DNA of 64,000 bases from Clostridia bacterium (GCA_030637745.1 DAOWFX010000123.1:1147-65146), one strand, 5' to 3'; shown: positions 31,642 to 41,621, counted from the stretch's first letter. The notes: a model not told the origin generated them from the letters alone. Program-made: numbers and translations.

Positions 31642-32492
31642 TAGAAGCAATTCTTGAATACGCGTTTATGCGTAATGCAGTCATTGCTGCAGTCCTTGCA
31701 AGTATTGTAACAGGTATCATAGGTACTATTGCAATAGAGAAAAAGCTAGTTAGTATGTCAGGCGGTGTCGCACATGCTTCATTTGGAGGTATAGGACTTG
31801 GGTATTTACTGGGATTTGAACCCATCTGGGGTGGTCTTTTCTTTGCGATTGGATCATCATTGTTGATATCAAAACTTTCTAGTACAAAGAAAATGAAAGC
31901 AGATACCATAACAGGTGTATTGTGGTCTTTTGGAATGGCACTCGGGATACTCTTTATCGCACTAGCACCTGGCTATATGCCAGATATGACAAGTTATTTA
32001 TTTGGAGATATTCTTTCTGTTTCTACTAATGCATTATTGTATATGGCAATATTTACAGCAGTTATAGTTTTAGTATTTACGATGTTGTACAATTATTTTA
32101 TCGTCTATCTATTCGATGAGGAATATGCTAAAGCACGTGGTTTTAAGGTTAACTTGCTAAAGTGGATTGTATATACAATGATTCCTATTGGAATCATTGT
32201 GCTTATCAAAATTGTAGGTATAATATTAACCATTGCATTGATGACTATTCCAGTATCTATTGCGAAAATATTTTTCAAAACATTCGGCAAGGTTGTAGTT
32301 GGATCCATCATCATCAGCATGATATTTTGTTTTATTGGGCTTACAGTATCTTACTACATCAACATTCCATCCGGTGTGTGTATTATCATCATTAGTACTA
32401 TTGTGTATTTGTTGCTACTATTGACCAAGAGTGCAATTCAACGAAGGATTCATGTCAAGAAACAGCATCAAGAAGATGATATATATGATTAG
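31638..32492 (+). CDS. metal ABC transporter permease (ABC-3 family)
   Basis: 284-aa polytopic protein of ZnuB/TroC type, with a 4-nt overlap with the ATPase gene. Confidence 0.85.
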   Translation: MIEAILEYAFMRNAVIAAVLASIVTGIIGTIAIEKKLVSMSGGVAHASFGGIGLGYLLGFEPIWGGLFFAIGSSLLISKLSSTKKMKADTITGVLWSFGMALGILFIALAPGYMPDMTSYLFGDILSVSTNALLYMAIFTAVIVLVFTMLYNYFIVYLFDEEYAKARGFKVNLLKWIVYTMIPIGIIVLIKIVGIILTIALMTIPVSIAKIFFKTFGKVVVGSIIISMIFCFIGLTVSYYINIPSGVCIIIISTIVYLLLLLTKSAIQRRIHVKKQHQEDDIYD

Positions 32493-32561
32493 ATATATTT
32501 GCAAACAGAATAGTAGATGTTGCTTTATATCTATTTACACCCTATTGTACATTCAAGAATT

Positions 32562-32605
32562 AAAAATGACCTCCACAGGCATTTGCCAAAGAAGGTCATT
32601 TTTTA
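32562..32605. terminator. bidirectional intrinsic terminator
   Basis: Imperfect long hairpin ATGACCTCC...GGCATTTGCC...GAAGGTCAT flanked by AAAAA and TTTTTT, between convergent operons. Confidence 0.7.
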
Positions 32606-32626
32606 AAGATAAATTTTTGTTATTTA

Positions 32627-33739
32627 TCAGTCATATAGAAGTTCGGCAATGTCGGGTTCATCCATGTTGGTTGCATCATACCATTTTGCACCAGTATCAA
32701 CATCCGCAACAGCTTCGCCGTTTGCAGCTTTAACTGCTAACTCAACTGCCAAGTAGCCAATCATGTAAGGATCTTGTGTGATAGAGCCCATGAATACGCC
32801 TGTTTTAACAGCTGCTTTTTGTCCAGCACCTGCGTCGAATCCAACAACTTTTACGCCATCAGGAATTACTGATCCAGCATTCATAGCAGCCAATATTCCA
32901 TTAACAGCACCTTCGTTTGAGCAGAATACGCCAACTAGACCTTCTGTATTAAGTAGTCCGTTTGCAGCATTTGTCATATCAGTGATATCAGGTGTTGCAC
33001 CAACTGTAACATCAATGATTACAGCTGCTGTATCAGCATCGCCCATGTTGATTGCATTATAGTCGCCTGTGATTGCTGCATTGTCGCCAACAAGTTCATA
33101 CATTTTTTCTGCAAAGCCCTTTGTACGTCCGCCAACTGAAGCACTTGTTACATCCTGTGAGAACACAGAAATTACGAGCGGACTATCAGCTGTAGCTGCA
33201 TCAAGTTGTGCTTTGAGAGCTTCATACATCATCTCTGCACCAAGTGCAGCTGCATTTTCATTGTCTGTTGAAGCATTCGCTGCGATCTGTCCTGCAGGAG
33301 CATTAGGTACGCCGGAGTCAAATCCAATAACCGGAATGCCTTTGTCGGCAGCTTCCTGTAGTTGTGTTAATACAGCTTCTGTGTTTAGTGCTGCAAGAGA
33401 TATAGCCTTTGGGTTCTTAGCAAGTTCTGCATTAAGCATGTCTACCTGAGCTGCTTGTGCGCTTTCGCCTTCAGGACCTGTAAAGTATATTTCTACTTCA
33501 AGGTCTACTGCTGCTTGTTCGGCACCCTTTTTGACAACTTGCCAAAATTGATGTTGGAAGCCTTTTGCGATTACTGAGTAATAGCCAGGAGTTTCTTCTT
33601 CTTTAGTTTCTTCTTTAGGTTCCTCTTTGGTTTCTTCTTTCATTGGCTCATCTTTTGGTTCGTCTGCTTTTGGTGTGCATGCTGCAAAAGCAACTACTAA
33701 TAAAGATAAAACCAATACCATGATTAGAATCTTTTTCAT
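32627..33739 (-). CDS. sugar ABC transporter substrate-binding lipoprotein (RbsB/periplasmic binding protein family)
   Basis: ATG 33739 follows GGAGG. It has a lipobox (AFAACT), an E/K/P-rich linker and a PBP type I fold pattern. Confidence 0.85.
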   Translation of the reverse strand: MKKILIMVLVLSLLVVAFAACTPKADEPKDEPMKEETKEEPKEETKEEETPGYYSVIAKGFQHQFWQVVKKGAEQAAVDLEVEIYFTGPEGESAQAAQVDMLNAELAKNPKAISLAALNTEAVLTQLQEAADKGIPVIGFDSGVPNAPAGQIAANASTDNENAAALGAEMMYEALKAQLDAATADSPLVISVFSQDVTSASVGGRTKGFAEKMYELVGDNAAITGDYNAINMGDADTAAVIIDVTVGATPDITDMTNAANGLLNTEGLVGVFCSNEGAVNGILAAMNAGSVIPDGVKVVGFDAGAGQKAAVKTGVFMGSITQDPYMIGYLAVELAVKAANGEAVADVDTGAKWYDATNMDEPDIAELLYD

Positions 33740-33791
33740 TATGTTTTCCTCCAATTATTATTATAAGCATTGCTGCTTAAACTGATTACAA

Positions 33792-34772
33792 TTAACTTAA
33801 TTTCTTTACCTTGTTCGCTTTTTTATTTCTGTAAACATCAATCAACACAGCGCCTAAAACAACGATTCCTGTAAAGAAAGTCTGGAACGGTGCTGGCAAA
33901 TTCATAGATATGAGACCGTTTTTGAGGATGCTCATAATAAATACACCAATCATTGTTCCTGTGAGAGAGCCTTTGCCTCCGGACAAAGACGTGCCACCAA
34001 TAACTACTGCGGCTATAGCTTGTAACTCTATCCCGTTACCAGTGTTTGGGATGATTACTGTATATGTTGCTGCATAGAATATACTTCCTAGACCAGCTGC
34101 AAATCCACTGATTACAAATGCAAGACCTTTCCATACATTAACCTTTATGCCAGATAGTCTTACTGCTTCTTCATTGCTACCTATTGCATAGATATATCGG
34201 CCTATTTTCGTCTTATTCAAGATGATGAAAGTGAATATGAAAAATATTATTAAGTACACAACGCCCATTGGAAAACCACTCTCTGTTCTAAAGAAAACTC
34301 TTGAGAACCAGCCATCAGGCTCTAGGATGGTCGGGAAGTTCTTAGTCGATGTTCCTGTTATTATAGATCCAAGTCCCAGTGAAACCATCATCATTCCAAG
34401 CGTTGCGATAAATGGTGGCAGTTTTAGTTTGGTTACAAGAAGACCATTGACCCAACCTATTAGTGTGCCAAATGCGATCATTGCAATTAACACTGCCCAT
34501 ATTGGTAGTCCAACATTTCTATATAACTGTCCACCAACCAATGCAGAGCACATCATTACTGCACCTATTGAAAGGTCGATACCACCGGTTATGATTACAA
34601 ATGTTACACCCAATGCTAAAAATCCTACATAGTATGAGGATGCTAAGATATTTAATGTAGTAGATACCGACGTGAAGTTATTACCTGCTATAGCGAAAAA
34701 TATGTATATCACAATCAATGCAGCAAACGCTAGCATCTTATGTGTTCCGCTATTTCTTATACTCTTTAACAT
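33792..34772 (-). CDS. sugar ABC transporter permease (RbsC/branched-type)
   Basis: 326-aa polytopic protein of the ribose/xylose-type permease family. Confidence 0.85.
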   Translation of the reverse strand: MLKSIRNSGTHKMLAFAALIVIYIFFAIAGNNFTSVSTTLNILASSYYVGFLALGVTFVIITGGIDLSIGAVMMCSALVGGQLYRNVGLPIWAVLIAMIAFGTLIGWVNGLLVTKLKLPPFIATLGMMMVSLGLGSIITGTSTKNFPTILEPDGWFSRVFFRTESGFPMGVVYLIIFFIFTFIILNKTKIGRYIYAIGSNEEAVRLSGIKVNVWKGLAFVISGFAAGLGSIFYAATYTVIIPNTGNGIELQAIAAVVIGGTSLSGGKGSLTGTMIGVFIMSILKNGLISMNLPAPFQTFFTGIVVLGAVLIDVYRNKKANKVKKLS

Positions 34773-34783
34773 TCTTTCTCCCC

Positions 34784-36268
34784 CTAATGCTGAGTTGCAT
34801 ATTTCATAATTGTATTTTGATTTATCTGATCAAGTTCAAGTGTTGCAGTATGCGTGCCTTCGCACATTACTAAAACCCTATCACTCATACGCAAGAGCTC
34901 AGGAAGTTCAGACGAAATAATAATGATTGATTTACCTGATTTTGCTAATTTGTTAATAATCTTATAAATCTCGCTCTTTGCTCCAACATCTATACCTCTT
35001 GTTGGTTCATCAAATATCAATATGTCACTGTTTTTAAGTAGCCATTTTGCGATGATTACTTTCTGTTGGTTTCCACCGGACAGGTTTTTTACCAGTTGTC
35101 CTACGGATGGCGTTTTAATATTGATCTTATCTACATATTCAGAAGCGATTTTTTTTATCTTCTTTTCACTGATAATACCGGCAGTTATATACTCATCAAG
35201 GTTAGGCATGACAATATTGTTTGCAACACTCATTCCAAGTGATAAACCATATCGCTTTCTGTCTTCTGACAAATAGCCAATACCGAGGCGAACAGCATCA
35301 TGTGGACTTTTTACATTTACTTTCTTGCCATCCAGATAAATCTCACCTGTCGTCTTTTTGTCTGCACCAAATATTAAACGTGCAAGCTCTGTCCTACCTG
35401 CTCCAATAAGCCCTGCGAACCCAAGAATTTCACCTTTATGTAATTCAAAGGATACATTATTTACATCCTTTGAACTCATATTCTCTACCTTTAACACAAC
35501 GGGCGGCTTTTCTTTGTTATCACTTATTTTTTTATGCTCTTCATACGTGATGCGTCCAACCATCATGTGAATAATATCGTCAATCTTAACCTTTGCAGAA
35601 TCTTCAGTCCCTATGTATTCTCCATCTCGCAATACCGTTACTCTGTCAGAGATTTTCTTAATTTCGTCCATTCTGTGAGAAATATACACCATACCAACGC
35701 CTTGGCTCTTTAGTTCATTCATGATTTTGAACAGCTCTTCAATCTCTACATCTGTTAGTGTTGCAGTTGGCTCATCAAATATGATAATCTTTGCATCATA
35801 AGAAATAGCTTTTGCAATTTCTATCATCTGTTGATGACTAACTGACAGATTTCCAACTTTTTCTTCTGGATCTAGTTTGATATTTAATTTTTTAAAAAGC
35901 TCTAGTGTTTTATCGTTGATTGATTTTTCATTGAGAAACAACCCATCGCTTTCTCTACCAATAAAAATGTTTTGCGCTGCTGTTAAGTGGTTCATCAAAT
36001 TGAGCTCTTGATGCACAATAGATATTCCGGCTAGTTGGGCTTGTCTTGGTGATTTAAAATTGACACATTTACTCTCAAGTGTTATTTGTCCCGATTCAGG
36101 TATGAATATACCGGTTAGAACTTTCATCAATGTGGATTTTCCTGCACCATTTTCGCCAACAAGTGCATGCACTTCTCCTTTTCTTAAATCGAAGCAGCAT
36201 TTTTTCAAAGCGTGTACGCCTGGGAAATACTTTTCGACACCTTCCATATTTAGAAGCAATTCACTCAT
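34784..36268 (-). CDS. sugar ABC transporter ATP-binding protein (duplicated ATPase, RbsA/MglA type)
   Basis: Two ABC cassettes (GENGAGKST plus LSVSHQQ, and a second LSGGNQQK plus DEPTRGID). Confidence 0.9.
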   Translation of the reverse strand: MSELLLNMEGVEKYFPGVHALKKCCFDLRKGEVHALVGENGAGKSTLMKVLTGIFIPESGQITLESKCVNFKSPRQAQLAGISIVHQELNLMNHLTAAQNIFIGRESDGLFLNEKSINDKTLELFKKLNIKLDPEEKVGNLSVSHQQMIEIAKAISYDAKIIIFDEPTATLTDVEIEELFKIMNELKSQGVGMVYISHRMDEIKKISDRVTVLRDGEYIGTEDSAKVKIDDIIHMMVGRITYEEHKKISDNKEKPPVVLKVENMSSKDVNNVSFELHKGEILGFAGLIGAGRTELARLIFGADKKTTGEIYLDGKKVNVKSPHDAVRLGIGYLSEDRKRYGLSLGMSVANNIVMPNLDEYITAGIISEKKIKKIASEYVDKINIKTPSVGQLVKNLSGGNQQKVIIAKWLLKNSDILIFDEPTRGIDVGAKSEIYKIINKLAKSGKSIIIISSELPELLRMSDRVLVMCEGTHTATLELDQINQNTIMKYATQH

Positions 36269-36502
36269 ATAGATACCTCAAAATGTTTTTGCATAATAAC
36301 TAACATTGTCAGTCCTCTGATTTGTTAATTCTATAAAAATACTTGATAAAATGACATGTGAAAAATAACAAGAAAATTGTGATTTCCTCTAAAGATTACA
36401 GTTAAAATTCATGTAAAATGATGTGTAATGATCTCAAAAAGCCTATTATATGGTAAAACGGGCTTTAGAAACACTAAATCTATTAACAGAAATAGTAGTA
36501 AA

Positions 36503-37477
36503 TTACTCAGTAAATGGGAATAGAAGTTTTTGGTTTTCCGGTAGGTACATATTGTCAATATCTATCACTTCAGATCCTGTATTAACATTCTTTGGTATTT
36601 TTTTATTGTTTATAGAATCAAGTGCATACTTAACACCAAGATATCCCATATTAAATGGGTTTTGTACTATCAGTGATTGTATTACGCCTTTCTCCAAGAA
36701 GGTTATTTCTAATGGGGTGCTGTCAAAACCAATAATTATAATCTCGCCAGCCAAACCAAGCTCATCAATTCCACGTGCTGCTCCTGCAGTGCTGTATGCA
36801 TTCAAGCATACAATCGCATCAATTTGAGGATTGTCTTGAACAATATCTTTTGTCAGCTGTTGGGCTAGTAATTCATCAGAGTTACAGTAAACTGTTTCGA
36901 TAACCTCAACGCCTGGATAATCGCTTACTGTTTCAGCAAATCCCGTTTCTCTTTGCGTAGCTGATGCCGCACCTTTTACAAAGCTAATTACAGCTATGGT
37001 GCACTCTGTTCCTACTTTGTCAATTAACGACTCGCCCACCTTTTTACCTGCATCCATATTGTCAGTGCCAACAAAGCTGTCCATTTTATCTGACTCAATT
37101 GTAGAATCGATAACAATCACTGGTATACCTGAAGCTATCGCTTTTTCTGCTACAGGTACCAGCCTAACATAATCACTAGCTGCAAGCACAATCGCGTCAG
37201 AGTCAATAGCAATGGCATCTTCAACCAGTTGAATCTGTCCATCGATATCCTCTTCGTTTTCAGGTCCATCAAAAACTAAGTCAATATTAAATTCTCTGGC
37301 TGCAGTTTCAGCGCCCATTTGAACAACCGACCAAAAAGCATGGCTACGATTTTTTACTATTACTTTAATGCTATATTTTTCTTCACTATTTGATAAATCA
37401 TTTTTTGCACACCCAAATAGCGACAATACAATTATTATTGTTAATACTAGTAAGGCGATTCTATAAATTCTACTCAT
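36503..37477 (-). CDS. sugar-binding protein (PBP type I), sensor partner of the adjacent HK/RR
   Basis: Lipobox (LFGCAK) and an RbsB-like fold. It overlaps the upstream HK gene by 8 nt. Confidence 0.75.
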   Translation of the reverse strand: MSRIYRIALLVLTIIIVLSLFGCAKNDLSNSEEKYSIKVIVKNRSHAFWSVVQMGAETAAREFNIDLVFDGPENEEDIDGQIQLVEDAIAIDSDAIVLAASDYVRLVPVAEKAIASGIPVIVIDSTIESDKMDSFVGTDNMDAGKKVGESLIDKVGTECTIAVISFVKGAASATQRETGFAETVSDYPGVEVIETVYCNSDELLAQQLTKDIVQDNPQIDAIVCLNAYSTAGAARGIDELGLAGEIIIIGFDSTPLEITFLEKGVIQSLIVQNPFNMGYLGVKYALDSINNKKIPKNVNTGSEVIDIDNMYLPENQKLLFPFTE

Positions 37478-39269
37478 TATTCTCTCCCTTTTGTAGCTTT
37501 ATCAATGGTATCCGAATGTTTACTGTTGTTCCAACCTCTATTATGCTTTCAATATCTACGCCAAAACCACTGCCGTAACTTAATTGAATTCTCTCATGAA
37601 CATTTTTTAGTCCAACGCCTGAAGTGCGTTTATTGGTTGGTTCTCGTTTGAAAATTTCTTTTAGTCGCTCTGGTTTTATTCCATATCCATTATCAGTTAC
37701 ACTAAATAAAAGATGATCGTTTTCTACAACTGCTCTGATGTTAATTTCGCCTTTTTCCTGAATTTTATTGATTCCATGATAAATGGCATTCTCAACAATC
37801 GGTTGTAGTATCAGTTTTAATGTTCTATATCCATATGCTTGTTCCTGTACATCAATTGAATAATCAAATTTATTTTTGTATCTTATTTTCTGAATGAGCA
37901 AATAATTTCCTACATGTTCAATCTCGTCTGCAACATCTATTATCTCATTGCCTTTACTTATGCTTATTCTGAAAAATTTTGCAAGTGCTGCTGTCATTTC
38001 TGATACACCCTGATGGTTTTGATTTTCGTTCATCCAGATAATAGAATCTAGAGTATTGTATAGAAAGTGTGGGTTTATTTGTGCTTGAAGTGCTTTAAAT
38101 TCACTTTTCCTTTTTTCTTCTTGTTCATTGACGATTTGTTCCATTAATTGCTTAATCCTTGAAATCATTAAATTAAATGCTTTCGTAAGTCGTTTTACTT
38201 CATCCTCGCCTTTAACTTCCAAGTTCTCAATATCGAAATCACCTTGTTCAACACGGTTCATCTGGTGTTCGAGTCGCTTGATCGGTTTTGATATCTTTGA
38301 AGACAGGAAGATGGAAGCTAGAATAACGAAAACAATTCCAAAAATCAATATATACATAATGTAATTATTTAAGTCCCACTGATTTTCGGCCAGCTCATCT
38401 ACATAACTGATACCTACCATTTTCCAGTTAGAAAACTGGATGTTTTTTACAGTCGATATCCGGCTTTCTCCTTGAAAATCTTCAATGAATGATCCCTGTT
38501 CCTGCTCTAATACTTCGCTAATACTTTCTTGTTTCAGTCCCGAATATAGAAGCTGCTGTTGTGGATGATAGATTATGTTCCCGTATTCATCAACAATATA
38601 AATATATCCACGTTTTCCTAAGCTTACCCTATTGCAAAGTTGCTCGATCAAGCTGAAATTCAAATCTACCATTGCAGCCCACGTTTCAGTCCTCCCCAAG
38701 TACTCTACGCTAAGTCCACTACTCATCGAAACCACCCAGGGGCGTCTACCTTCAAACAGCCTTTGGACATACGGCGGTTGGATCAAATACATATCAGGAT
38801 TACTAATTGTTTGCTTAAACCATTCCTGCTCATGAATTTGATAATTGTAATCAGTATCATAAACAGGATTCGTCAGTATGACGTTACCATTACCTGTATA
38901 TATTGCTACAGTCACTATGTCTTTTCTCATCTCCAGAGTCAGCGATAGTAAATTATCAAGGTTTTGAATACTGTTTGGAGTTACTTCTCTCATATTTTTA
39001 CGGATTATATCCGATATTTCCATCATGTCTTCTAGGTAGTTTTCTAAATTGATTGTTGCTTGCTCCATAATCTGCTGTGCACTAGATGCAGCATTTACTT
39101 CAGCATTATCAGAGAAAGAACTATATAACCCAATCCCAACCATGGTCATAGCTAACATTGTAACAGCAGAAAATGATAGCGTTATTATTGATTGAATACT
39201 GTTTATTCTAAAGCCTCTTCGTGCAGCTTTTGGTACTTTTTTCAATATCCTTTTTAGTTTACTTTTCAT
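37470..39269 (-). CDS. sensor histidine kinase, YesM/LytS-type (His_kinase + HATPase_c)
   Basis: QINPHFLYNTLDSI H-box, HAMP, two TM segments flanking a sensor domain and GVGLKNV. ATG 39269 was chosen because the longer track ORF overlaps the RR gene by more than 100 nt. Confidence 0.85.
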   Translation of the reverse strand: MKSKLKRILKKVPKAARRGFRINSIQSIITLSFSAVTMLAMTMVGIGLYSSFSDNAEVNAASSAQQIMEQATINLENYLEDMMEISDIIRKNMREVTPNSIQNLDNLLSLTLEMRKDIVTVAIYTGNGNVILTNPVYDTDYNYQIHEQEWFKQTISNPDMYLIQPPYVQRLFEGRRPWVVSMSSGLSVEYLGRTETWAAMVDLNFSLIEQLCNRVSLGKRGYIYIVDEYGNIIYHPQQQLLYSGLKQESISEVLEQEQGSFIEDFQGESRISTVKNIQFSNWKMVGISYVDELAENQWDLNNYIMYILIFGIVFVILASIFLSSKISKPIKRLEHQMNRVEQGDFDIENLEVKGEDEVKRLTKAFNLMISRIKQLMEQIVNEQEEKRKSEFKALQAQINPHFLYNTLDSIIWMNENQNHQGVSEMTAALAKFFRISISKGNEIIDVADEIEHVGNYLLIQKIRYKNKFDYSIDVQEQAYGYRTLKLILQPIVENAIYHGINKIQEKGEINIRAVVENDHLLFSVTDNGYGIKPERLKEIFKREPTNKRTSGVGLKNVHERIQLSYGSGFGVDIESIIEVGTTVNIRIPLIKLQKGENNE

Positions 39270-40899
39270 TTTTCTGCTCCAACTTGTTCGCTTCTGAGTT
39301 CTTATACTCTCTTGGAGAAACCCCAAAATTCTTCTTGAAAAAATAACTAAAATAACTGATATCAGGATATCCAACTTTTCCTGCGACTTCTGATATTTTC
39401 ATGCCAGGATTCCTTAAAAGGTTTTTTGCTACGTCTAATCGAATTCGTATTAAATACTTTAGAAATGTTTCTTTTGCTTCTTTTTTAAAAATCAAGCTCA
39501 AATAACTTGCACTAATAAACAAATAGTCAGCTAACTTTTGTACGCTGAGCTCTGTGTCGTTATAGTTACTGTTGATATAATCCTTTGCTTTTTCCAAAAG
39601 TCTCTGGGTAGTTGTTAATCTTTCACTGGCTATTTGCTTCATCAGTTCGATACTTAAGCTCATAATCCAGTTTTCAGCTTCATCCATAGAATTGAAGTTA
39701 TTTATTTCTAAGTATAAATTATAGTTTTCAGGGAGCATGTCCATTATATCAAGCTGATATATTCTAGACAGTTTTGATAGCATTGTGAAAATCTCCATAA
39801 AATAAAGGTGATACTCATTTATAGGTGCCTGAATACCACTAAAATCGTTAAACAAATTTTGCACAGCATTCTCTACATTTTTATTATCTCCGAATTTTAT
39901 GCTTGATAAAAGTTTTTTCTCTTTTTCTTCTTCCAAACAGATCATATTGTTTGACACAGGCTCAATATCCTCAACAAAAATTATCTTATTTCCTCCAAGA
40001 ACCAGTTTGTATTCAAGTGCAATATTTGCAGTGTCGTAGGATTCTTTCATCTGAACAATGTTTTCAATAATGTTTCCTATCCCAATTGTTATCGTAATAC
40101 TAAGATATTTCTCAACATTCTGCCTAATCTCATCGAGTACTAAAAATAATTTGTTGCATGCATCTGCTCTTGCATTATCATTCATTCCTGCAATAATAAC
40201 TAATGCATTCCCGTAATAGAAAGCCTCTCCAGTAGTGTTGTTACTCAAAATATCCTGTGCAATTTTTAAAACCGCAAACTTTGTTAGATCTTTTATTTTT
40301 TCTTCATTTTCTAGAATTTCTATACTTTTTTTATCCAGACCAATAATGGCTACGGAAAAGAAATTACCCCTTATAGTTAAATCAAAAAAGCTTATCTTGC
40401 TTTCAATTTCACCGATTTCAAGGTTACCGATTACCAGTGATGTAAGAAAGTTGTCTTTTAAGATTGGAAGGCTATCTAGATAATGCTGTTCCAATTTCTT
40501 TCTATCTTTCTTTTCTTCTATTTCATTGTCAAGTTGATTTTTTAGTTTACCAACTAGCTTATTTAAGTCATCGGGTAAAACAGGCTTTAATATATAATCT
40601 GATACACCGTACTTTATAGCCTGTTGTGCAAATTTAAAATCATCATAGCCTGAAAGTATAACAATTTTCACAGTAGGAAAACTTTGTTTTACCGATTTCG
40701 CCAATTCAAGACCGTTCATTAAAGGCATACTAATATCAGTTATAATAATATCCGGAATATTGTCTTCGATGATATCTAGTGCTTCTCTACCATTTTCAGC
40801 TTCACCTATTACTACAAAATTGAACTGACTCCAGTCAATTTTTTTGACAATGCCATGTCTGACCTCTTCTTCATCATCCACGATAAGTAATTTATACAT
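39259..40899 (-). CDS. response regulator with AraC-type HTH output (YesN-like)
   Basis: REC domain (LLIVDDEE...IITDISMPLMNG) plus a C-terminal AraC HTH (YFSYFFKKNFGVSPREY). Confidence 0.9.
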   Translation of the reverse strand: MYKLLIVDDEEEVRHGIVKKIDWSQFNFVVIGEAENGREALDIIEDNIPDIIITDISMPLMNGLELAKSVKQSFPTVKIVILSGYDDFKFAQQAIKYGVSDYILKPVLPDDLNKLVGKLKNQLDNEIEEKKDRKKLEQHYLDSLPILKDNFLTSLVIGNLEIGEIESKISFFDLTIRGNFFSVAIIGLDKKSIEILENEEKIKDLTKFAVLKIAQDILSNNTTGEAFYYGNALVIIAGMNDNARADACNKLFLVLDEIRQNVEKYLSITITIGIGNIIENIVQMKESYDTANIALEYKLVLGGNKIIFVEDIEPVSNNMICLEEEKEKKLLSSIKFGDNKNVENAVQNLFNDFSGIQAPINEYHLYFMEIFTMLSKLSRIYQLDIMDMLPENYNLYLEINNFNSMDEAENWIMSLSIELMKQIASERLTTTQRLLEKAKDYINSNYNDTELSVQKLADYLFISASYLSLIFKKEAKETFLKYLIRIRLDVAKNLLRNPGMKISEVAGKVGYPDISYFSYFFKKNFGVSPREYKNSEANKLEQKNEK

Positions 40900-41248
40900 G
40901 TGTGCACCTCCCTTTAATATTCATGTATATAAACAATATCTTCATACCTTTGATACAATACTATATTTCAATAGGTTTCGTGTATCCAACTAACAATATA
41001 AATTAAATATAATCTTTATAAAAGCAAAACAGTGTATTCTTTACGTAAAATCAATGTATCATAAACTTTTTGAAAACTCAACACAGTATAATTATACCAT
41101 TTTATAGTACGATACTAATAATGTGATGAAATTCGTATAGATTTATGATAAATACTACATCAATATTATCGCATGAGATAATATCTACAAAGCGATTATT
41201 GGTTTGATCCATATGAGCGCAATACCCGAGACAATAAAAGATACTATT

Positions 41249-41278
41249 AAAAAAGTCTTCATTTTGCAATAAAGACTT
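41249..41278 (-). terminator. intrinsic terminator immediately downstream of the displaced tmRNA 3' fragment (presumed native ssrA terminator)
   Basis: On the minus strand, stem AAGTCTT / AAGACTT followed by a T-run. Confidence 0.6.
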
Positions 41279-41285
41279 CTTTCTT

Positions 41286-41313
41286 TGGTGGAGGCGAGGG
41301 GAATCGAACCCCT
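41286..41313 (-). repeat. att repeat: orphan copy of the last 28 nt of tmRNA (island-distal junction)
   Basis: TGGTGGAGGCGAGGGGAATCGAACCCCT is identical to 46413-46440. Identity extends to 34/35 when 41279-41285 is compared with 46406-46412. Confidence 0.9.
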
Positions 41314-41472
41314 ATATATATATGTCTATTATGATATTTTGATAACTATAAAAGAGTATAATAAATGTCTATATAGATACTAAATAGTAGGATAAATAAA
41401 ATTGATTATACATTATTAGTAATCATTGAACAGCATTGAATATACACAAATATAGTAGAAAAAACAATTGAT

Positions 41473-41489
41473 TTCCAACAGTTTCCAAC
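41473..41489 (+). repeat. paired TTCCAAC direct repeats (candidate integrase arm-type sites), left end
   Basis: TTCCAAC occurs at 41473 and 41483 (10-bp phase). The same pair in the same orientation is at 46347/46358. Confidence 0.55.
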
Positions 41490-41490
41490 G

Positions 41491-41571
41491 AATTATTAAA
41501 TAAACCATTCAGTAAAGCCCACAAGGGATCGCAGGACCCTGGGGATTTTCTGAATGGTTTATTATTAAATT
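41491..41571. other. long inverted repeat with GC-rich 37-nt loop
   Basis: AATAAACCATTCAG (ending at 41512) pairs with CTGAATGGTTTATT (from 41550), giving 14 perfect bp plus imperfect AT extensions. The loop is TAAAGCCCACAAGGGATCGCAGGACCCTGGGGATTTT. Confidence 0.6.
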
Positions 41572-41621
41572 ACAATTGATTGATATGATATTATTTTACC
41601 AAATACGAATAATTTTTTTAA

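Noticed and set aside
41225-41240. A 15-16-nt similarity (CAATACCCGAGACAAT) between the left chromosomal flank and an internal tmRNA segment (CAATCCCGAGACAAT, 46501-46515), considered as a remnant of an older ssrA-targeting insertion
   Set aside because: The match is not colinear with the tmRNA 3' end and has no accompanying homology. It may be chance and is not enough to call a relic att site.
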